Position numbers and translations under genes: made by a program. Below the pieces are notes generated by a model, which worked only from the letters and a program-made list of their open reading frames with translations, searched no databases and was not told the origin of the DNA. A stretch of 64,000 bases of DNA from an uncultured Acidobacteriota bacterium (GTDB lineage Bacteria; Acidobacteriota; Vicinamibacteria; Fen-336). Numbering within the stretch: position 1 is the first letter of the stretch; every line of letters starts with the position of its first letter. Shown here in pieces: positions 45,306 through 54,845 of this stretch. Location of the stretch: assembly GCA_963720545.1 (NCBI GenBank), contig OY970399.1, forward strand, positions 3,712,001-3,776,000, written 5' to 3'.

Positions 45306-45920
45306 ATGGTCGCCGAACAGATCGCCGGCCGCGGCATTCGCGACCGCCTGACGCTCGCCGCGGTGCGCGCCGTGCAACGGCACCTGTTCGTGCCCTCCGA
45401 CCAGGAGGAAGAGGCCCACGAGGACCATCCGCTCGCGATCGGTCACGGCCAGACGATCTCCCAGCCCTATGTGGTCGCGCTCATGACGCAGGCGCTCTCT
45501 CTGCGCGGTGGCGAGAAGGTGCTCGAGGTCGGCACCGGCTCGGGCTACCAGGCGGCGGTGCTCGCGCAAATCGCGAAGCGCGTGTACTCGCTCGAGATCG
45601 TCGCGCCGCTCCTGGCCCAGGCGGCGAGCGCCCTGGCGCGCTGCGGCGTCGAAAACGTCACGCTGCGCGCCGGCGACGGCTATTCCGGCTGGCCCGAAGA
45701 GGCGCCGTTCGACGCCATCATGGTGACCGCCGCGGCACCGCGGGTTCCCGAGCCGCTGAAAGAGCAACTGCGGGTGGGCGGGCGGCTGGTGGTGCCGGTG
45801 GGCCTGAGCGACGAAGCCCAGGAACTGCTGGTGGTGCGGCGTCTCGAGAGCGGCGGCTTCAGCGAAGAGAACATCCTGCCCGTCCGCTTCGTGCCGATGA
45901 CCGGCGCCATCCGCGGCTAG
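45306..45920 (+). CDS. pcm: Protein-L-isoaspartate O-methyltransferase
   Basis: GQTISQP, VLEVGTGSGYQAA, APFDAIMVTAA, VRFVPM. Confidence 0.95.
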   Translation: MVAEQIAGRGIRDRLTLAAVRAVQRHLFVPSDQEEEAHEDHPLAIGHGQTISQPYVVALMTQALSLRGGEKVLEVGTGSGYQAAVLAQIAKRVYSLEIVAPLLAQAASALARCGVENVTLRAGDGYSGWPEEAPFDAIMVTAAAPRVPEPLKEQLRVGGRLVVPVGLSDEAQELLVVRRLESGGFSEENILPVRFVPMTGAIRG

Positions 45921-45962
45921 GGCCGCCGCGGCGCAACCGCGATGCTACTATCGTGTCAAGCG

Positions 45963-46424
45963 ATGGCGCGGCACTTCCTTCTTCGTCTCTCGGTGGCGGC
46001 AGCGGCACTCGCCATCGGTGCGCTCGCGACCGCGGAGCCACGGGTCATCCCGGTGACGCTGCCTTCCGGCAGCGTCTACCAGACCGAGCTCATGGTCGAC
46101 GACCAGGACCGGCAGATGGGCCTGATGTTTCGGCCTTCGCTGGCAGCGAGCCATGCCCTCCTCTTCATCTTCGAGGGCTCCGACTTCCACGGCATCTGGA
46201 TGAAGAACTGCAGGTTCCCGATCGACATCGTCTGGCTCGACGAGAACCGCAAGGTGGTGCACGTCGCCGAGGCGGTGCCGCCCTGCAAGAAGGACCCGTG
46301 CCCGGTGTACCTGCCGCAGCAGAAGGCGAGCTACGTCGTCGAGATGAACGCCCGCCAGGCCGCGAAGGAAAAGGCCGTGATCGGCGCGGCGTTCGCCTTT
46401 ACCTTGGAGCCTCCGGCTCGCTAG
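45963..46424 (+). CDS. DUF192 family exported protein
   Basis: RQMGLMFR, LLFIF, IWMKNCRFPIDIVWLD, YVVEMNA. Confidence 0.88.
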   Translation: MARHFLLRLSVAAAALAIGALATAEPRVIPVTLPSGSVYQTELMVDDQDRQMGLMFRPSLAASHALLFIFEGSDFHGIWMKNCRFPIDIVWLDENRKVVHVAEAVPPCKKDPCPVYLPQQKASYVVEMNARQAAKEKAVIGAAFAFTLEPPAR

Positions 46425-47172
46425 CGGCCGCCGCGCGCCGCGGCTTGCCGAAGAGCCACGCGACCAGCACCCCGAGGAAGTAGAGGCCGATGATGGGGAC
46501 AGCGAGCGCCGTCTGCGTCACCACGTCGCCCGAGGGCGTGATCACCGCCGACAGGACGAAGGCGCCGAGCACCGCGTACTTGCTCTGGCGCAGCAGGAAG
46601 CCGGCGGTGACGAAACCGATGCGCGCCAGCACGAAGATGATGACCGGCAGCTGGAACACCGCGCCGATGCCCAGCAGGAACCACGAATAGAAGGTGAAGT
46701 ACTCGCTCACCTTGGGCATGAAGGTGACGTCGTTCTTCGCGACCGTCGCGAGGTAGCTGAACGTCATCGGGAACAGGATGTAGTGGCCGAACGCGCCGCC
46801 CAGGATGAAGAACAGCGCGCCGAAGCCGATGAAGGGCCACGCGTACTTGCGCTCGTGCTGGTAGAGGCCGGGGGCGATGAACGCCCAGATCTGCCACAGG
46901 ACGTAGGGCGAGACCACGAAGATGCCGACGAAGAACGACATCTTGATGAACAGCATGAAGGTCTCGGTGGGCGAGGTGGCGATGAACTGCACCGTCGGGT
47001 AGGCGACGCGCAGCGGCCCGGTGATGAAGTGGAAGATCCGCTCGCTGAACGCCCAGCAGACGCCGAAGCCCACGACCAGCGAGACCATCGCGCGCACCAG
47101 CCGGATGCGCAACTCCTCCAGGTGCTGGAGGAAAGACATCTTGTCCGGGGTGGGGAGGTTGCGAAGCGCCAC
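46399..47172 (-). CDS. tatC: Twin-arginine translocase subunit TatC
   Basis: MSFLQHLEELR, FIAPGLY..E, FQLP, AVITPSGD. Confidence 0.95.
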   Translation of the reverse strand: MALRNLPTPDKMSFLQHLEELRIRLVRAMVSLVVGFGVCWAFSERIFHFITGPLRVAYPTVQFIATSPTETFMLFIKMSFFVGIFVVSPYVLWQIWAFIAPGLYQHERKYAWPFIGFGALFFILGGAFGHYILFPMTFSYLATVAKNDVTFMPKVSEYFTFYSWFLLGIGAVFQLPVIIFVLARIGFVTAGFLLRQSKYAVLGAFVLSAVITPSGDVVTQTALAVPIIGLYFLGVLVAWLFGKPRRAAAASEPEAPR

Positions 47173-47184
47173 GAATGCGGGGGG

Positions 47185-47559
47185 CTAGCCGCGGCTCACG
47201 GTCTCGCCTTCGGGCCTTTTCAGCTCGACGGCGGGCGCCGCGTCTGTCTCGGCTGCGGGTGCCGCAATCTCTGCGGCGGCCGCGGGCTGCGCTGTTTCCG
47301 GTGCCGGCTCGGCTGCGACTTCGACATGCGCCGCGGGCTGGGATGCGGGGCCGGGCGCGGTCGCGAGCGTCAGGTCGCGGATCTTCTCGGCCTCGACCTC
47401 ATTCTCGATCGTCTGCTTGAAGTCCGCGGACGCCTTGCGGAACTCGGCGAGCATCTTGCCCATGCTCTTGCCGATCTCAGGCAGCTTGCGCGGCCCGAAG
47501 ACGATGAGGCCGATGATGAGGATGAGGACGATCTCGGACCCGCCGAGGCTGCCGAACAT
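47185..47559 (-). CDS. tatB: TatA/TatB family translocase subunit
   Basis: MFGSLGGSEIVLILIIGLIVFGPRKLPEIGKSMGK; TatA versus TatB uncertain. Confidence 0.8.
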   Translation of the reverse strand: MFGSLGGSEIVLILIIGLIVFGPRKLPEIGKSMGKMLAEFRKASADFKQTIENEVEAEKIRDLTLATAPGPASQPAAHVEVAAEPAPETAQPAAAAEIAAPAAETDAAPAVELKRPEGETVSRG

Positions 47560-47563
47560 GGAT

Positions 47564-48202
47564 TTATGACCCGGGTTCGATCTTAGCACCGGGGTCCGGA
47601 AACGCCGGGCTATTCGGATGTCCAGGAAACAGCGGCTGTCCCGGCTTCACGACGCCGCCCGAAACGATGAAGTTCATGGCCTCGGGGAAGGTGACTGCGA
47701 GCGGCGTGACCTCGCCTGGATCGCACAGCACCAGGAACCCCGAGGTGGGGTTGGGGGTCGTCGGCAGGAAAACCGACACGGAGCGAATGTCGCGGTCGGT
47801 GACGAAACCCATCATGTAGAGGCCCTTGCGCGGATACTCCACGAGCACCACTTCCTGGCTCGAGCCCTGGTCGCGGCCGAGCACCGAAAAAAGCTGCCGC
47901 GCCGGCCCGTAGATCGAACGCACGAACGGCAGGCGCAGGAATACCGTCTCGACGGCGCGCAGGATGCGCGCGCCGACGATGCTGCCGGCGGCCAGGCCGA
48001 TGAGGTAGATGACGGCGATGGTGATCGCGGTGCCGAGCCCCGGGATCTTGCGCCCCGCCACTGCCTCGATCAGGGTCGAGACGCCGAGGCCGTCGAGCAG
48101 ACGGAAGATGAAACCGATCAGCCAGATGGTGATGACGAGCGGCAGGATGAGCAGCAGGCCGCTCACGAAAGTGCGCCGCGGAGAGGAGAGCCGCTTCCAC
48201 AT
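47564..48202 (-). CDS. DUF502 family membrane protein
   Basis: FVSGLLLILPLVIT, LPFVRSIY, VLVEYPR, VFLPTTPNPTSGF. Confidence 0.9.
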   Translation of the reverse strand: MWKRLSSPRRTFVSGLLLILPLVITIWLIGFIFRLLDGLGVSTLIEAVAGRKIPGLGTAITIAVIYLIGLAAGSIVGARILRAVETVFLRLPFVRSIYGPARQLFSVLGRDQGSSQEVVLVEYPRKGLYMMGFVTDRDIRSVSVFLPTTPNPTSGFLVLCDPGEVTPLAVTFPEAMNFIVSGGVVKPGQPLFPGHPNSPAFPDPGAKIEPGS

Positions 48203-48259
48203 GGGCGCGCAAGTGTCGCCTCTTATTGGCGGGCTTTCAAGGCAAGGCTTCGTGCGACA

Positions 48260-48922
48260 ATGAACGCCGTGGCGCCCGGCGAGGACGAGTACTACTACCA
48301 GATCGAGCTGACCAACAAGAAGCTCATCTTCTATTTCGCCGCCGGCGCGCTGGCGCTGGTGCTGAGCTTCCTCGCCGGCGTCATGGTCGGCCGCGGCGCC
48401 GATGGGCCGCGCAACACCGTGGCCGAAGCCGCACGCGCGGAAGAGCGCATCGTCGCCGAGCCTTCTGTCGATGGAGCGGCCGCAGCGATGATCGCGCCGA
48501 GCCCGAGCGCCTCTCCCGAAGACCTGACCTATACCGAGCGCCTCGAGTCGGCGCGCGTCGACGACACGCTCGACCGCCCGGCGGTGGCGCGCCCGCGCCC
48601 GACCCCGGCGGCAAAACCAACGGCGTCGCCGCGGGCCAGGCCAACGCCGACGGCGCGGCCAGCGGCCGCGGCGCCGATTGCGACCGCCGCCGCCAAGGGC
48701 ACCTTTTCCGTGCAAGTCGGCGCCTTCCAGGACCGCGGCACGGCCGAGTCGGTGGCTGGACGCCTCAAGGGACGTGGTTTCCCCGCGTTCGTCTCGCCCG
48801 GCGGCGTCGCCGGTTTGTGGAACGTCCGGGTCGGCACCTATCGCGCCCGTCCCGAAGCCGAGCGCGCGCGCGACCGGCTGAAGAACGCCGAGAAGCTTTC
48901 GCCCTTCATCATCACGAACTGA
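48260..48922 (+). CDS. SPOR-domain protein (DedD/FtsN-like)
   Basis: N-terminal TM, Pro/Ala linker, FSVQVGAF...VRVG SPOR domain. Confidence 0.88.
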   Translation: MNAVAPGEDEYYYQIELTNKKLIFYFAAGALALVLSFLAGVMVGRGADGPRNTVAEAARAEERIVAEPSVDGAAAAMIAPSPSASPEDLTYTERLESARVDDTLDRPAVARPRPTPAAKPTASPRARPTPTARPAAAAPIATAAAKGTFSVQVGAFQDRGTAESVAGRLKGRGFPAFVSPGGVAGLWNVRVGTYRARPEAERARDRLKNAEKLSPFIITN

Positions 48923-48927
48923 CCGGG

Positions 48928-50466
48928 ATGCTCGTGTCCTGGCTGCTGGCAACACTGTCGGGCGTGCTGCTGTTCCTGTCGTTCCCGAAGTTCGGATCGC
49001 CGGCGTTCGCGTGGCTGGCACTGGCGCCCTTGCTGGTCGCGCTGCATCGCGCGCGCGGCCGCCGGGGCTTCTTGCTCGGCCTCACGGCGGGCTTCGTCGG
49101 GAACCTCGGGATCTACTACTGGATCGCGATCGTGATGAGCCAGTACGGGGGCCTCTCATACCTCGTCACCGTGCCGCTCATGAGCCTGCTGTGTCTCGTC
49201 ATCGCGCTTCTGCCGGCGGTGTTCGGCTGGGCCATGAGCCGGTTCCTGGCGCGCTTCGGCACTGCTGCGTACGCCCTGGCCCCGGTCGCGTGGGTCGCGC
49301 TCGAACTGTTCCGCAGCCGCACCATGTTGCGCTTCGCGTGGTGCCTGCTCGGCTACAGCCAGGCCGTGAACCTGCCGTACGCCCAACTGGCACGGCTCTT
49401 CGGCGTTTACGGCATCTCGTTCCTGCTGGTTGGCGGCGCCGCTGCGCTCGCGTACGCAATCGCGGAGAGAGGCGGCCGCGCCACCAGCCGCGTGCTGGTC
49501 GGGTTCGTGTTCGTGGCGTCGGCTGCGTACTGGGATGGGCGGCGCCAGCTGGCCGCGGCGAGTCCTGAGACGGGCAGCATCCGCGTGGGCCTGATCCAGG
49601 CGAACATCCCGCAGGACGTGAAGTGGGACCCGGCGTACGCCGCGGCCAACTTCCAGAAGCACCTGGCGCTCACCGGCCAGGCGCTCGCGCGCGGCGCTCG
49701 ATTCGTTGTCTGGCCGGAGTCGTCGGTGCCCGGCTTCTACGACGAGTCGGAGTACCTGAGCGAAACGCTCGGCGGTGTCGCGTCGCGCGGCAGCGCGTCT
49801 GTCTTGTTCGGCAACGACGACCGCATCGCGGCGCCTGACGGCGAGAAGTACTACGTCGGCGCGAAGATGGTGGGAGCGGACGGCGTGCTCCGCTACCGCT
49901 ATCACAAGATCAACCTGGTGCCATTTGGCGAGTACGTCCCATTCCACTCGGTGCTGACGCTCGGCGGCCGCTATGCCGCGCGTCTCACCGAGAACGTCTC
50001 CGATTTCACGCCCGGCGAGGATCTCGTGCTCGGCGAGCTGCCTGGCGGGCACCGCTTCGGCGCCTTCATCTGCTACGAGGCGATCTATCCCGACCTCATC
50101 TCCGGCTTCGCGGGCAAGGGCGCCGAGCTGCTCGTGAACATCACCAACGACGCCTGGTACGGCACCACTTCTGCGCCGCACCAGCACTTCGCGATGGCGT
50201 CGCTGCGCGCGGTGGAGACGGGCCGCTACCTGGTGCGCGCCGCCAACACCGGGATCACCGCCGTGGTCGATCCGCGCGGCCGCGTGCTCGAACGCACCAG
50301 CCTGTTCGTGCCGGCGGCGTTGGTGCGCGACGTGCCGTTCGTCAGCGCCACCACCTTTTACACGCGCCACGGCGACGTCCTCGCGTGGACGTGCGGCGGG
50401 CTTTTCGCCGCGGCGCTCCTTGCCTCGTTCGCCGGCCCGCGTGCCGCCGGCCGCCCCTTACAATGA
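48928..50466 (+). CDS. lnt: Apolipoprotein N-acyltransferase
   Basis: QANIPQDVKW, VWPES, YHKINLVPFGEY, ICYE, TNDAWYG, RAANTGIT. Confidence 0.95.
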   Translation: MLVSWLLATLSGVLLFLSFPKFGSPAFAWLALAPLLVALHRARGRRGFLLGLTAGFVGNLGIYYWIAIVMSQYGGLSYLVTVPLMSLLCLVIALLPAVFGWAMSRFLARFGTAAYALAPVAWVALELFRSRTMLRFAWCLLGYSQAVNLPYAQLARLFGVYGISFLLVGGAAALAYAIAERGGRATSRVLVGFVFVASAAYWDGRRQLAAASPETGSIRVGLIQANIPQDVKWDPAYAAANFQKHLALTGQALARGARFVVWPESSVPGFYDESEYLSETLGGVASRGSASVLFGNDDRIAAPDGEKYYVGAKMVGADGVLRYRYHKINLVPFGEYVPFHSVLTLGGRYAARLTENVSDFTPGEDLVLGELPGGHRFGAFICYEAIYPDLISGFAGKGAELLVNITNDAWYGTTSAPHQHFAMASLRAVETGRYLVRAANTGITAVVDPRGRVLERTSLFVPAALVRDVPFVSATTFYTRHGDVLAWTCGGLFAAALLASFAGPRAAGRPLQ

Positions 50467-51606
50467 GTACGGAGGCCTCGTTGCACGACCTGCAGCAGAA
50501 ATACGATGACCTCGTCGCGAGGGCCGCGGACATCCGCGGCTATCTTTGACGGCGCGGCACTGACGAAGGAGCTGGGCCAGCTCGAGGAGCGGATGACCGC
50601 CCCCGACTTCTGGAACCAGCAGGAAGCGGCGCAGGCGGCGCTCAAGCGCAGGAAGCGCGTCGACCTCGACCTCGGCACGCTGCAGAAGCTGCGCAGCCTC
50701 GAAGACGACACCCGGGTGCTCATCGAGTGGGCGGAGGCGGGCGAGAAGGTCGAAGGCGACCTCGCCGCGTCGCTCGATTCGCTGGCGGCCCTCGTCGAAG
50801 AGGCCGAGTTCCAGAAGCTGCTGGGCGGCGAGCACGACCCGGCGAGCGCCATCCTTTCCATCAACGCCGGCGCCGGCGGCACCGAGAGCCAGGACTGGGC
50901 GGAGATGCTGCTGCGCATGTACCTGCGCTGGTGCGAGAAGAAGGGCTACAAGTGTTCGGTCACCGAAACCCAGGCGGGTGAAGAGGCGGGCATCAAGAGC
51001 GCCACCGTGCTGGTGGCTGGCGAATACGCGTACGGGTTCCTTGCCGTGGAGGTGGGCGTGCACCGCCTGGTGCGCATCAGCCCGTTCGATTCCGCCGCGC
51101 GCCGCCACACCTCGTTCGCCTCGGTGTTCGCCTGGCCGCAGATCGACGAAGACATCAAGATCGAGATCAACGACAAGGACCTGCGCATCGACACCTATCG
51201 CTCGAGCGGCGCCGGCGGCCAGCACATCAACGTCACCGACTCGGCGGTACGCATCACGCACCTGCCGACCGGCATCGTGGTCTCGTGCCAGAACGAGCGC
51301 AGCCAGATCCGCAACCGCGAAGTGGCGATGAAGGTGCTGAAGTCGCGCCTCTACGACCTCGAGCTGCAGAAGCAGCGCGACAAGCTCGACGCCGTCGAGG
51401 CGGCGAAGAAAGACATCGCCTTCGGCAGCCAGATTCGTTCTTACGTCATGCACCCGTACCGCATGGTGAAGGACCACCGCACGCGTTTCGAGGTCGGCGA
51501 CGTGGACGCAGTGATGAACGGCGATCTCGACGAGTTCATCAAGGCAGCCCTGGTGGCGCGGGCCAAGGGAACGTTGGGCAAAGCCGGTGTGGCGAACGAC
51601 GACTAG
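50463..51606 (+). CDS. prfB: Peptide chain release factor 2 with programmed +1 frameshift
   Basis: ORF1 from ATG 50463 ends TAT CTT TGA C (CTT at 50544); the +1 frame contains the SPF and GGQ motifs. Confidence 0.96.
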
Positions 51607-52510
51607 CCGCGGCACCCGCTCGCTGTTAGCTGCCGCCGCGGTGCTCTGCGCACAGCCAGGCGTGCCGGCCGAAGGCGACCTGCCGGTGGCGCTTGTCTAC
51701 CAGCGCACCGAGGGCGGCAACCAGGACATCTACTTGAAGCTGCCGGGTGGCGCGGAGCGGCGCCTCACCGATGACCCCGCGGAAGACATGCTGCCGCGCT
51801 TCACGCCCGACGGCCGCTCGGTGCTGTTCGCCTCGAAGCGCACCGGCACCTGGCAGATCTTCGAGGTCTCGGTGCGCGGCGGACCCGAGCGCCGGGTGCG
51901 CGCCAACGCCTTCACCGAATTCCAGATTGCGCTGTCGCCCGACGGCAGGCAGCTGGCGTTCCTCTCCAACGCCTCGGGGCGCGAGGGGCTGTGGCTCATG
52001 GACTGGCCGAACGGCAAGGCGCGGCAGCTGGTGGACCATGGCCGCGCGGTCCTGGGCAATCCCAGCTGGAGCCCGGATGGCACGCGCATCGTGTTCTCGT
52101 CGAACTACCGGATCGGCCACCAGATCTACCTGGTGAACGTCGCCGACGGCAAGGTCGAGCGCCTGTCGCCGCTGATCAAGGGCGGCTGCGAGCCGCGCTT
52201 CAACGCCGATGGCCGCTCGGTGCTCTACGTGAGCCGCGGACACCGGCGGCCGACCTCGCGACTCGTGCGGCACGACCTGCGCAGCCACGAGGAGCAGGTG
52301 CTCGTCGACTGGCCCGGCCTCAACTACGGGCCGGTGCTCTCGCCGGACGGCACCGAGATCGCCTTCAGTTCGACCGTGTCCGGCACCGCGCAGGTCTATC
52401 GCCTGCGGCTTCGTGACGGCAAGTCGTGGCAGATGACCTTCGGCAAGGGCCCCGCCGGGGCGCCCGACTATCGCCCTGGCGGCGGCGGCGACGGCGCGGA
52501 CGGCCGCTGA
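51587..52510 (+). CDS. Exported TolB-like PD40 beta-propeller protein
   Basis: Signal peptide and repeated (W/F)(S/T)PDG...F.S motifs. Confidence 0.82.
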   Translation: MWRTTTSRGTRSLLAAAAVLCAQPGVPAEGDLPVALVYQRTEGGNQDIYLKLPGGAERRLTDDPAEDMLPRFTPDGRSVLFASKRTGTWQIFEVSVRGGPERRVRANAFTEFQIALSPDGRQLAFLSNASGREGLWLMDWPNGKARQLVDHGRAVLGNPSWSPDGTRIVFSSNYRIGHQIYLVNVADGKVERLSPLIKGGCEPRFNADGRSVLYVSRGHRRPTSRLVRHDLRSHEEQVLVDWPGLNYGPVLSPDGTEIAFSSTVSGTAQVYRLRLRDGKSWQMTFGKGPAGAPDYRPGGGGDGADGR

Positions 52511-54819
52511 GTCGGCAGCGGCACGGCGACAGGCAGCGGCGGCGGCACGCTGATGAGCGGTGCCGCGGTGAGCGGCGCCGGCTCGGTGCCTTCGACGAAC
52601 GCTTCCATCACGATGCCGGGCGCCCCGGCGGTGCCGCGCCGGCCCTGCTCGTCGATCGGCACCAACACCACGTTGGGCGGCGGTTCGAAGTCGACGATCG
52701 GCGCGTCCTTCATGGCCTCGCGCCAGAAGTCGATCCACACCGGCAGCGCGCCGCGGCCGCCGGTCTCGCCCTTGCCGAGCGAACGGCGCTTGTCGTCGTA
52801 GCCGATCCAGACACCGGCAGCCAGCGCCGGCTCGTAGCCGACGAACCAGGCGTCGGTGAAGTCGTTGGTGGTGCCGGTCTTGCCGGCGATCGGCCGTTCC
52901 AGCCGCGCTGCCGCGCCGGCGGTGCCCCGCAGCACCACGCCGCGCAGCAGCTGCGTGACGATGTAGGCGGTGTCCGCGCGCAGCGCGTCGGTCGCCTCGG
53001 GGCGTGATTCCTCCAGCACGTTGCCGTCGCGGTCGGTGATCTTCGTGATGAAGGACGGCGTCATGCGCAGCCCCTGGTTGCCGAACGCGCCGAAGGCAGA
53101 GGTGATCTCCATGAGTGTGCCCTCACCGGCGCCGAGGGCCAGCGGCAGGTAGCGCGGCAGGTCGCCGGCGATGCCGAGGCGGTGCGCGTACTCGATCGTC
53201 GGCTCGATGCCGACCGCCTCGAGCGTGCGCACCGCCGGGATGTTGCGGCTTTGCTCCACCGCGCGCCGCAGCGTGATCGGGCCTTCGAAGCGGAAGTCGT
53301 AGTTCTGCGGCTGCCAGGTGTTCTGCGGCGTCGCCCCTGGATAGGACACCGGCGTGTCGTCGATGATCGAGGCCGGCGTCATCGACAGCCGCTCGAGCGC
53401 CGTTGCGTATACGATCGGCTTGAACGCCGAGCCGAGCTGGCGGTTCGCCTGCACCGCACGGTCGAACTTGCTGCGCTCGAAGCTCCATCCGCCGCAGAGG
53501 GCACGCACCGCTCCCGAGCGCGGATCGAGTGCCAGCAGCGCGCCCTCGACCGCGGGCTCCTGGTCGAGCGCCACGCGCAGCAGCGGCGGGTTGGCGGTGT
53601 CGTCGACGCTTTTCACCTCGAACAGCGCGGTGGCGCCGGGCGGCAGCAGCACGGCGAGGTCCTTGCGCCGCGTCCACTCGACATCCTTCGGCGTGAGCAC
53701 CGCGCGATAGTCGCGGATGCGCACCACGGCCCGCGCGGCGCTCGACTCGAGCACCACGCCGCGGATTGCGTCGCCGGCCGCGAGCGGCCGGGCGGTCCAG
53801 TCGTCGAGCACGGCCGTCTTCGGGTCCTCGCCGGCCGCGACGCGGCCGATCGAACGCGGGTCGAAGCCGCGCGCGCGCCGGTCGACCGCGCGCAGCCCCT
53901 TCGAGAACGCGCGGTTCGCCGCTGCCTGCATCCTCGGGTCGAGCGTCGTAAACACCTGCAAGCCGCCCTGGTAGATCCGCTGGCTGCCGTACTCGCGCTC
54001 GAGGTGCTTGCGCACCTCTTCGAGGAAGTACGGGGCGATCGACGGCGAATCCCGCCGCAGGTGCAACCCCAGCGGTTCGGCGCGGGCGCGCGCCGCCTCG
54101 TCGGACGAGACGTACTTCTCCGCCTCCATGCGAGCGAGCACGTGGTTGCGGCGCTGCACGGAGCTCTCGGGATGCTCGATCGGGGAGAGCCGGCCGGGGC
54201 TCTGGATGATGCCGGCGAGGGTCGCCGCCTGCGCCAGCGTCAGCTCCTTCACGGTGCGCGCGAAGAACAGCTCGCTTGCGGCCTCGACGCCGTAGGCGCC
54301 GTGGCCGAAGTACACCTGGTTGCTGTAGAGCGCGAAGATCTCCTCCTTGGTGAAGTTCTTCTCGATGTCGAAGGCGAGGATCACCTCCTTGATCTTGCGC
54401 TCGTAGGTCTTCTCGGGGGTCAGGAACAGGAGCCGGGAAAGCTGCATCGTCAGGGTGGACGAACCCTGCGAGCGCCGGCCAGAGCGCAGGTTGGCGATGG
54501 CCGCCGCCGGCACGCGCCACACGTTGATGCCCATGTGCTTCCAGAAGTCGGTGTCCTCGACCGCGACGATCGCGTTGCGCAACAGCGGCGGGATGTCGGC
54601 GAACGGCACGATCACGCGGCGCTCGATCGCGAAGTCGCCGATCTTCGTGCCGTCGGCCGCGAACACCTGGGTGATGATGTTCGGCTGGTACTTCTCGAGG
54701 TCGGAGACCTGCGGCAGGTCGCCGCGGTAGACGAAGAGAGCGCCGCACAGCGCGCCGAACAGGATCGCGAACGCGAACGACCCGGTGATCAGCCAGCGCC
54801 TGGCGGCGTTGCGGTCCAT
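52468..54819 (-). CDS. mrcA: Penicillin-binding protein 1A (class A)
   Basis: EDTDFWKH and GSSTLTMQL glycosyltransferase motifs; SAFK, SRN, KTG transpeptidase motifs. Confidence 0.93.
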   Translation of the reverse strand: MDRNAARRWLITGSFAFAILFGALCGALFVYRGDLPQVSDLEKYQPNIITQVFAADGTKIGDFAIERRVIVPFADIPPLLRNAIVAVEDTDFWKHMGINVWRVPAAAIANLRSGRRSQGSSTLTMQLSRLLFLTPEKTYERKIKEVILAFDIEKNFTKEEIFALYSNQVYFGHGAYGVEAASELFFARTVKELTLAQAATLAGIIQSPGRLSPIEHPESSVQRRNHVLARMEAEKYVSSDEAARARAEPLGLHLRRDSPSIAPYFLEEVRKHLEREYGSQRIYQGGLQVFTTLDPRMQAAANRAFSKGLRAVDRRARGFDPRSIGRVAAGEDPKTAVLDDWTARPLAAGDAIRGVVLESSAARAVVRIRDYRAVLTPKDVEWTRRKDLAVLLPPGATALFEVKSVDDTANPPLLRVALDQEPAVEGALLALDPRSGAVRALCGGWSFERSKFDRAVQANRQLGSAFKPIVYATALERLSMTPASIIDDTPVSYPGATPQNTWQPQNYDFRFEGPITLRRAVEQSRNIPAVRTLEAVGIEPTIEYAHRLGIAGDLPRYLPLALGAGEGTLMEITSAFGAFGNQGLRMTPSFITKITDRDGNVLEESRPEATDALRADTAYIVTQLLRGVVLRGTAGAAARLERPIAGKTGTTNDFTDAWFVGYEPALAAGVWIGYDDKRRSLGKGETGGRGALPVWIDFWREAMKDAPIVDFEPPPNVVLVPIDEQGRRGTAGAPGIVMEAFVEGTEPAPLTAAPLISVPPPLPVAVPLPTQRPSAPSPPPPGR

Positions 54820-54845
54820 CGCCCCATGCTAGCGGGGACCCCGGT

